Below are positions 57,814 to 64,000 of a stretch of DNA of 64,000 bases, piece after piece. Under the pieces are notes generated by a model that did no database searches, was not told the DNA's origin, and was given only the letters and a program-made list of their open reading frames with translations. The translations under genes and the position numbers were made by a program. Position 1 is the first letter of the stretch. The number at the start of each line of letters is the position of its first letter. This stretch comes from Phycisphaerae bacterium (GTDB taxonomy: Bacteria > Planctomycetota > Phycisphaerae > UBA1845 > Fen-1342). The stretch covers positions 160,001-224,000 of the forward strand of contig CAXXWX010000006.1 in NCBI GenBank assembly GCA_963675745.2, given 5' to 3'.

Positions 57814-60195
57814 TCAACCTGCCAGCGCGACGACGAAGGGGTCGATGTCGCCATTGTTCACCAGACCGTCACCGTCGATGTCGGCGTTGTGACAGCCTGG
57901 ATAGGCGTCTGCGTAAGCGGCGTAGTCGGTCAGCGCCAGCAGGAAGGGGTCGATGTCGCCGTTATTCACGAGGCCATCGCAATTCGTGTCGCCGACCAGA
58001 TAACCTGTCCCGCCTTCGTCGGCGCCGGCGTCGTAGTTCTGCTGCACTTCAGCGGGGCTGAGCGCCCGGTCGTAGATCGCGACGAGACGATACTCACCCA
58101 GCCACGGACGCGTCAGCGGATACTCATCACCCAACAGCAGCCGATCGACCTCAGTGGCATCCCACGTCGAAAAATCGCCCGTCTTCGTGCCGCTGGCCAC
58201 CGGGACCGCGGAGATGTAAATGGTCTCGCTGCCCGTCCATTCGCGGGTATAGACCACGTGCTGGATAGTCGGCACGGCGGAGCCTGGGGGCGTCTCCAGG
58301 CCCGGCGAGCCGGTGGTGTCGGTCTCCGAGGTGCGGAGTTTCACGTCGTAGCAATTGCCGAGTGACTCATCATCACGGCCGTGGCCGAGCGTGAAGTTGC
58401 GCCCGTTGGCCGAACGTGAGAACGTGACTATACGCCCGGGGCCCTCCTGGTATTCGAGCGCCGGCACAATCCACGCTTCGATGGTGAGTTCATTTGTGGC
58501 CTGGCAGTATGTGGCGATTTTCGCAGCAGCCCCCGCCGTACATGCCCGCGCCCCGTCGAACCTGAGCCCCCCAGTCGTCCAGGTGACATCCGCCGGTTCG
58601 TTGATCGTCAAATGGAGCGGCGTTCCGACACCCGATACGTCGTGTACGATGGTCCCGTCAGCCTCTTCGAAGTCGTACATGGCCACCAACCCGTCGAACA
58701 CGCGATTCCACGCCCAGTAGGTAAACTCGACCGAGGAGTCTGGCGCGATGATGTTCGGCGGTGTGGCCTGGTCGTAGATATTGTTGACGGTCAACGTGTA
58801 TGTGGCGCCGGGTGACAGCGGCGAGACAGTGAGCGCGACAATCGACTCATCAACCTGTTGCACCGCGGCCGCGACGGTCACGCCGCCATCAATCACGTAG
58901 TTGCCGGCCACGGCGGCCGAAGTGGGATCGATCGGTTCCGAGAAATAGACCATGACCTCTGTTGGTGCGCCAAAGGAAGACGCCGCGTCCAGGCGGGGAG
59001 GAATCTGGTCGGTGTAGGGGGAGCCGGTCCAATTGGCGTACAGGAAGGGGTTGCCGAAGAGGTTGTTTCCCGACAGCTCTTTGTGGATGTCGCGGTCGGC
59101 GTAGCGCTGATGAATGGCGACCGAGTTTTCGCGCGTATCAAGCAGGTATTTCCATGATTCGCCCAGGTACCAGCCATCACGCATCTGTTCGGTGATGTAG
59201 TTCATACCCTCGGTGCCGTAGCTCCAGCTTGTGCCGCTTGCGGCCTGGCCGGCGCCGGGGCCAAAGGCATATGCGACCGCGATATTGGTGTTGCCGGCGC
59301 TCGCGCCTTCGGCGTAAATGAAATCGCCGCTGTGACACCCGTAGATATGGGCGATCAGCGGTCCGGTGCCGGGCGCGGCCGCCATCACTACGCTGGAATA
59401 CAGGTTGCTGGACGGAATCCCGGTATCCCACTGCTGCAATGTGCTGCTGGCGTGACTCCAGAAGTGGATTATGTCGTAGCTCTGACTGAATATCTGCGCG
59501 CTGAGTTCGGTGCAGTCGACCAGGTCACTGCCCTCGCCGTCGGTTCCGACATTTGCCGAGCCGTAGATGTCCACCAACGCGGGCATGGAGGGAATCGTGC
59601 CGCCCCAGAAGTTACCGTCGTAGTCACTATGACAGGCGACGTAGGCCTGCTTTGTGACGGTGAAGTCGCCCATGTAATAGTCGTGGATCTCGTCGAGCAA
59701 CGCGTTCAGATAGCCGGCGCTGTCCATGATCGGCGGGCGCATCCAGCAGGACCAGATTTCCGGGCCATCGAGCGTGCCCCAGTCGTGGTAGTCGTACCAG
59801 CCATCGCTGTTCAGATCGGTGAACAGGCCGTCGAGGTCTTCGTAAAAGAACGACAAGATGCCCTTGTTGGTACCGAAGGCGGGGTCTTGTTCCCACAAGG
59901 CGTAGGGAATGTGACCGGCCAGGATCACACCGTCTAGCCCGGTGGTGGACCATTCGCTCTGAAGGTATGCCCGAATGTCTTCGGGAGACTGACTTTCAAA
60001 GCTGCCGGTGTGGATTTCCAGGTCGACGGGGAAGCGCGCTTCGACTTCGCCCGCGTAGCGCAGAAGCCGAGTATCGACCTGGTTGTAGAGCGTCTGGTCG
60101 ATCAACAGAATGACCCGGTCGTTGACAGCGAAGGCCGCGGTTGCTGATAGCAGGATCAGCGCGACAGCCACGCCGTGGACGTTCTTCACACTCAC
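57814..60195 (-). CDS. Exported multidomain protein: C25 (gingipain)-like peptidase, Ig-like, LamG-like and dockerin-like domains
   Basis: Signal peptide, GVILAGHIP, FYEDLDG, WSHAS and YGCHSG (His/Cys), NLFGNP, FSEPID, LTIEAWI...IYDRALS, GDTNCDGLVNNGDIDPF repeated. Confidence 0.8.
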   Translation of the reverse strand: MSVKNVHGVAVALILLSATAAFAVNDRVILLIDQTLYNQVDTRLLRYAGEVEARFPVDLEIHTGSFESQSPEDIRAYLQSEWSTTGLDGVILAGHIPYALWEQDPAFGTNKGILSFFYEDLDGLFTDLNSDGWYDYHDWGTLDGPEIWSCWMRPPIMDSAGYLNALLDEIHDYYMGDFTVTKQAYVACHSDYDGNFWGGTIPSMPALVDIYGSANVGTDGEGSDLVDCTELSAQIFSQSYDIIHFWSHASSTLQQWDTGIPSSNLYSSVVMAAAPGTGPLIAHIYGCHSGDFIYAEGASAGNTNIAVAYAFGPGAGQAASGTSWSYGTEGMNYITEQMRDGWYLGESWKYLLDTRENSVAIHQRYADRDIHKELSGNNLFGNPFLYANWTGSPYTDQIPPRLDAASSFGAPTEVMVYFSEPIDPTSAAVAGNYVIDGGVTVAAAVQQVDESIVALTVSPLSPGATYTLTVNNIYDQATPPNIIAPDSSVEFTYWAWNRVFDGLVAMYDFEEADGTIVHDVSGVGTPLHLTINEPADVTWTTGGLRFDGARACTAGAAAKIATYCQATNELTIEAWIVPALEYQEGPGRIVTFSRSANGRNFTLGHGRDDESLGNCYDVKLRTSETDTTGSPGLETPPGSAVPTIQHVVYTREWTGSETIYISAVPVASGTKTGDFSTWDATEVDRLLLGDEYPLTRPWLGEYRLVAIYDRALSPAEVQQNYDAGADEGGTGYLVGDTNCDGLVNNGDIDPFLLALTDYAAYADAYPGCHNADIDGDGLVNNGDIDPFVVALAG

Positions 60196-60349
60196 CAGCG
60201 ATCCTCCGCACGGGGCCGCCGCGGTCGGTGGCGGCGCGGCGCATAAACGGTTTCACCTCCCTTATATCACAACGGCATCCGCCATTGCAATCAGTATGTG
60301 GCTGGTGCGCATGATCTGGCCGGTATGCGCCGCAGTGATGTACGTCGGC

Positions 60350-62578
60350 TTACGGAACAAGCTGCCTGGCCAACTCGGCCGGCGATGTCACCGGCTTTTG
60401 GCAGACGTTGTTCCGGCAGACATAAGCCGCCGGTTTGCCGGCGACCATCTCGCGCGATTCGAACAGCGGCGACGAGATCGCGGCGTCGGCGGTGGCGGGA
60501 TTGCGCAGCAGCACGACGTTGTTGGGAACGTATTGCTTGCGTACGACCTCCAGCAGCGCCCGCGTTTGAGCGTCTTGGGGATCGCCGATGACGACGATCT
60601 CCAACGCGCCGGCCAGGGCGAAATCGATGCCTGACATGAAACACTCGCCGGCGCCAAGGTTGCCGGCCAACCGCGGGCCGAACAACGCAACCATGCGTTC
60701 CGCCCGGGCCCGCAGCCCCGAGTCGCCGAGCATGGCGGACAGGCGCAGCAGGTTTATAAGCTGAACTGAATTGCCGCTGGGCGTGGCCCCGTCATTGACC
60801 TCTTTGCTGCGGGTCAGCAGTTGCTCGTGGTCGTCGGCGGTGAAGAAGAACCCGCCCTGCTCCTCATCCCAGAAGCGCTCGATGGCGGTGTCGTTAAGCG
60901 CTACCGCCGTGGTTAGCCAGCGCTTGTCGAACGTGGCTTCGTACAAGTCGATCAGAGCCTCGATCATGCAGGCATAGTCAGTAATAAAGGCCGTGTCGAC
61001 GGTTTTGCCGTCACGGTAGGCGCGTCGCAGCCGGCCGTCGGCGTACTGATGCGTCAGAACAAAATCCGCGGTGCGCGCGGCGGCCTGGATATATCGGGGT
61101 TCACCGAGCGCCACGCCGCCACGTGCCAGGCTGGCGATCATCAGGCCGTTCCATTCGCAAAGCACCTTGGTGTCCAGGGCCGGCGCCACTCGTTGAGCGC
61201 GCCGCGCCAGCAATTTCCGCCGCGCAGCCTTCAAACGCAGCTCCGCCTCTGCGCGCGAGAGCCCGCGTGACTCCGCGACGGTTTGCAGCGGACGGGTCAC
61301 GTGCAGAACGTTCTTGGCCTCTCCCGGCGCGTGGGGATCCTGCCAGTTGCCGGCGTCACTCACGTTGTAGTAATCGCAGAATAGCTCGGCGTCGCCAGCG
61401 CCGAGGGCGTCCACAACCTCGGCCTTGGTCCACACATAGTACCGGCCCTCTTCATCCTCGCTGTCGGCGTCGCGTGCGCTGTAGAACCCGCCGTCGGGCG
61501 ATTGCAGATCGGCGATGACGTAGTTGAACACCTCGCGTGCCACGTCGGCGTGCCTCTGCTGGCCGGTGTACAGATACGCGTCAATATAGATGCGGCTCAC
61601 GAGGGCCTGGTCATAGAGCATTTTCTCGAAGTGCGGCACGTGCCAGCGGGGATCGGTGCTGTAGCGCGCGAAACCGCCACCCAGATGATCGCGGATGCCG
61701 CCGTTGGCCATGTGGTCGAGCGTGTTCACAACGTGGCCGACGAGCTTGTCGTGGCTGCTCTTATCGTCCTGGCGCCGCCACGCGGAGCGCAGCAGGAGCT
61801 CCAGCGCCATGCTCGGCGGGAACTTGTTGGTTGTGCCGCTGAGCAAGCCGCCATGCTCAGGATCGAAGGCGCCGGCGAGCGCGTCGGCGGCCTGGTCTAC
61901 CTGCGCCAATGTCGGCGTGTCGCCCGCCGCTTCGGTCGCCATTGAGCGCGTCAGCGCATCGGCCAGTTGATCGCCCGCACTGACGAGGTCATCCCGCTGG
62001 TCTCGCCATGCTTCGTGCAGCATCCGGCACAGGCGTTTGAAGCCCGGTCGGCCATAGCGGTCGTCGGGCGGGAAGTAGGTGCCCGCAAAGAACGGCTTGA
62101 GATCGGGCGTGAGAAAGACGCTCATCGGCCAGCCGCCATGGCCGCGCGTGTAGAGCACGGTGGCCCGCATGTATATCTCGTCGAGGTCGGGGCGTTCCTC
62201 GCGATCGACCTTGATGCACACGAAATACTCGTTCATGAGCGCCGCAATCTCGGCGTCTTCAAAGCACTCGTGGGCCATTACATGACACCAGTGGCACGCC
62301 GAGTAACCGATGCTCAGAAAGATCGGGCGATCTGTGCGGCGGGCGGCCTCGAGCGCTTCCGGCCCCCACTCGTACCAGTCCACGGGGTTATGCGCGTGCT
62401 GAAGCAGGTAGGGCGAAGTCGCATGGATCAAGCGGTTGGTGTGGGCTTGCGCCCCCGGTTGCGTGGTTGCTGCCATGTCAGCCTGCTTTCCTTCCGGGGC
62501 GCCTGCGGCCCAACAGGTTGTGAATATCGTCGCCAGCGTGGCCGGTGCGATACCGATCGAAATCCGACTGCCGTTCAT
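60350..62578 (-). CDS. Thioredoxin domain-containing protein (YyaL/SSP411, DUF255) with signal peptide
   Basis: [52 protein letters not shown]. Confidence 0.95.
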   Translation of the reverse strand: MNGSRISIGIAPATLATIFTTCWAAGAPEGKQADMAATTQPGAQAHTNRLIHATSPYLLQHAHNPVDWYEWGPEALEAARRTDRPIFLSIGYSACHWCHVMAHECFEDAEIAALMNEYFVCIKVDREERPDLDEIYMRATVLYTRGHGGWPMSVFLTPDLKPFFAGTYFPPDDRYGRPGFKRLCRMLHEAWRDQRDDLVSAGDQLADALTRSMATEAAGDTPTLAQVDQAADALAGAFDPEHGGLLSGTTNKFPPSMALELLLRSAWRRQDDKSSHDKLVGHVVNTLDHMANGGIRDHLGGGFARYSTDPRWHVPHFEKMLYDQALVSRIYIDAYLYTGQQRHADVAREVFNYVIADLQSPDGGFYSARDADSEDEEGRYYVWTKAEVVDALGAGDAELFCDYYNVSDAGNWQDPHAPGEAKNVLHVTRPLQTVAESRGLSRAEAELRLKAARRKLLARRAQRVAPALDTKVLCEWNGLMIASLARGGVALGEPRYIQAAARTADFVLTHQYADGRLRRAYRDGKTVDTAFITDYACMIEALIDLYEATFDKRWLTTAVALNDTAIERFWDEEQGGFFFTADDHEQLLTRSKEVNDGATPSGNSVQLINLLRLSAMLGDSGLRARAERMVALFGPRLAGNLGAGECFMSGIDFALAGALEIVVIGDPQDAQTRALLEVVRKQYVPNNVVLLRNPATADAAISSPLFESREMVAGKPAAYVCRNNVCQKPVTSPAELARQLVP

Positions 62579-62712
62579 GCACTCCTACCGGTCGAGTCGC
62601 GGCGCGCCATCCGCGTGGCGCGCGTGGTGCGAACATGCGGCGTGAGCTTCCGCCTCCCGACTCGGGCGCGGTGGCCTTACGGGGGTTCAACGGTCGCCAC
62701 GGGGAGCGGCCG

Positions 62713-64000
62713 CTACGTTGAGAGATTGTATTTCGCGATCTTGTCACGAAGCGTGGTTCGCGGGATTCCCAGGCGTTCGGCGGCGCGCGCCTGGTTACCG
62801 TTGCAATGTTGCAGGGCCATCAGGATCATGCGCTGTTCCACGTCGGCCAGCACTTCATTGAGCGCCGGCTGCGCGTTACCCAGGAACTCGCCGGCCAGCA
62901 GTCGCTCCGCTCGATGGTCGATGGGAGAAGCCGGTTGAATATGCTCCGGGCGGATCTCGCCGCCACCACAGAGGGCCGCCGCGCGCTGAATGACATGCTC
63001 CAATTCGCGCACATTGCCGGGCCAGCTCTCGCGCGTCAATTGCTCGCACGCGGCGGGCGAAAACGCGACGGGGGCGGTACCGCGCGTGATTGGCTGGGCT
63101 TCCAGCATCCTGACGGCGATCAACGCCGCGTCCGACGGCCGTTCGCGCAACGGCGGCATATCAAGGCGGACGCATGCCACGCGGTGGTAGAGCGCCGCAT
63201 CGAAGTCGCCGCTGTCGGCCAGCGCGCGCAGGTTGCGGCGCGTGGTTGCGATCAGACGCGCGTCGCGCTGTCCGGGCGGCGTCTCGGCCTGGCGCAGTAG
63301 TGCCGCTTGCAACTGCTCGGAGACGGCGTCCAGATTGTCCAGAACCAGTGTGCCCCCCCGCGCCTGCTCCATCAGCGAGCTCTTTGGCCGGGCGGTCCGT
63401 TGATCCGCGGGGCCGAACAGCAAGCGTTCGACGTCCGCGGGCGTGGCGCCCGCGCACTGACAAACCACCAGCGCCTTCGTCGATCTGGGGCCATGTTGAT
63501 GAATCGCCTTGGCCAGCGCGGACTTGCCGCTGCCGGTCTCTCCGGTGATCAGGACCGGCTCGACGGTCTGCGCGGCCCGCCGTGCCAGCGCCAGAACCTG
63601 CTTCATTGACGGGCTGCGTGTGACGAGCTCGCCAAACGACATTGTGTCGTCACCGCCGCTTACCGGCGCGTGTTGCGCAAAAAGGGCGGCGACTTTCACC
63701 AGCAGGTCGCGCGTCGCGAAGGGTTTGGTGATGTAGTCATAGGCCCCACGTTTGATCGCCAGCACGGCGTCATCAATCTTGCCGTAGGCACTCATCAGGA
63801 TCACGGCGGTTTCGGGCCGCGCTCGCCGAATCCGAGTCAGCAGCTCCAGTCCGGGCCAATCGGGCAGATCAACCTCCGCCACCACCAGGTCAAGCGGCGT
63901 GCTATCGACAATCCGCCAGGCCGTGGCCGCGTCGGCGGCCTCGAACATCTCGTAGCCGTGTTCGCCCAACTCGAGCTGCAACGTCGCCCGTTTCAGCGGT
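62713..64000 (-). CDS. NtrC-like response regulator (receiver, AAA+, Fis HTH), degenerate; 5' end lies outside the window
   Basis: GAYDYITKPF, GETGSGKS, PPLRER, WPGNVRELEH, GNQARAAERLGIPRTTL. Confidence 0.9.
   Translation of the reverse strand, partial: PLKRATLQLELGEHGYEMFEAADAATAWRIVDSTPLDLVVAEVDLPDWPGLELLTRIRRARPETAVILMSAYGKIDDAVLAIKRGAYDYITKPFATRDLLVKVAALFAQHAPVSGGDDTMSFGELVTRSPSMKQVLALARRAAQTVEPVLITGETGSGKSALAKAIHQHGPRSTKALVVCQCAGATPADVERLLFGPADQRTARPKSSLMEQARGGTLVLDNLDAVSEQLQAALLRQAETPPGQRDARLIATTRRNLRALADSGDFDAALYHRVACVRLDMPPLRERPSDAALIAVRMLEAQPITRGTAPVAFSPAACEQLTRESWPGNVRELEHVIQRAAALCGGGEIRPEHIQPASPIDHRAERLLAGEFLGNAQPALNEVLADVEQRMILMALQHCNGNQARAAERLGIPRTTLRDKIAKYNLST

Overview
High-GC bacterial chromosome segment, most consistent with a planctomycete of class Phycisphaerae. 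This is inferred from the PEP-CTERM protein, the GDxNCDG dockerin-like repeats, the sulfatase, the zinc-ribbon proteins and the many orphan lipoproteins. About 50 CDS are supportable, mostly housekeeping or metabolic: lepA, scpB, hutH, cinA, lutABC, gcvH-gcvPA-gcvPB, pyrK-like, pcm, ychF-like, riboflavin synthase and pdxA. There is one tRNA-Leu(TAA) and no transposase, integrase, cas or reverse-transcriptase gene. Most notable: (1) an AmmeMemoRadiSam cluster with an inserted DUF362 gene in which every member carries an export signal, including a Tat signal on the radical SAM enzyme; (2) a 2-kb unit bounded by a perfect 23-bp inverted repeat that holds a zinc-ribbon rhomboid protease and a 97%-identical second copy of the 3' end of the neighbouring PEP-CTERM gene; (3) an Hmc-like redox operon whose NrfD/HybB subunit is fused to a c-type cytochrome domain and is missing from the ORF track; (4) several REP-like palindrome families with tandem 'stutter' copies of their ends; (5) a Leu tRNA without a long variable arm; (6) two single-base frameshifts 1.2 kb apart (gcvPB and the radical SAM gene) that may be sequence errors. 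All product calls come from motif recognition only; no database searches were run.
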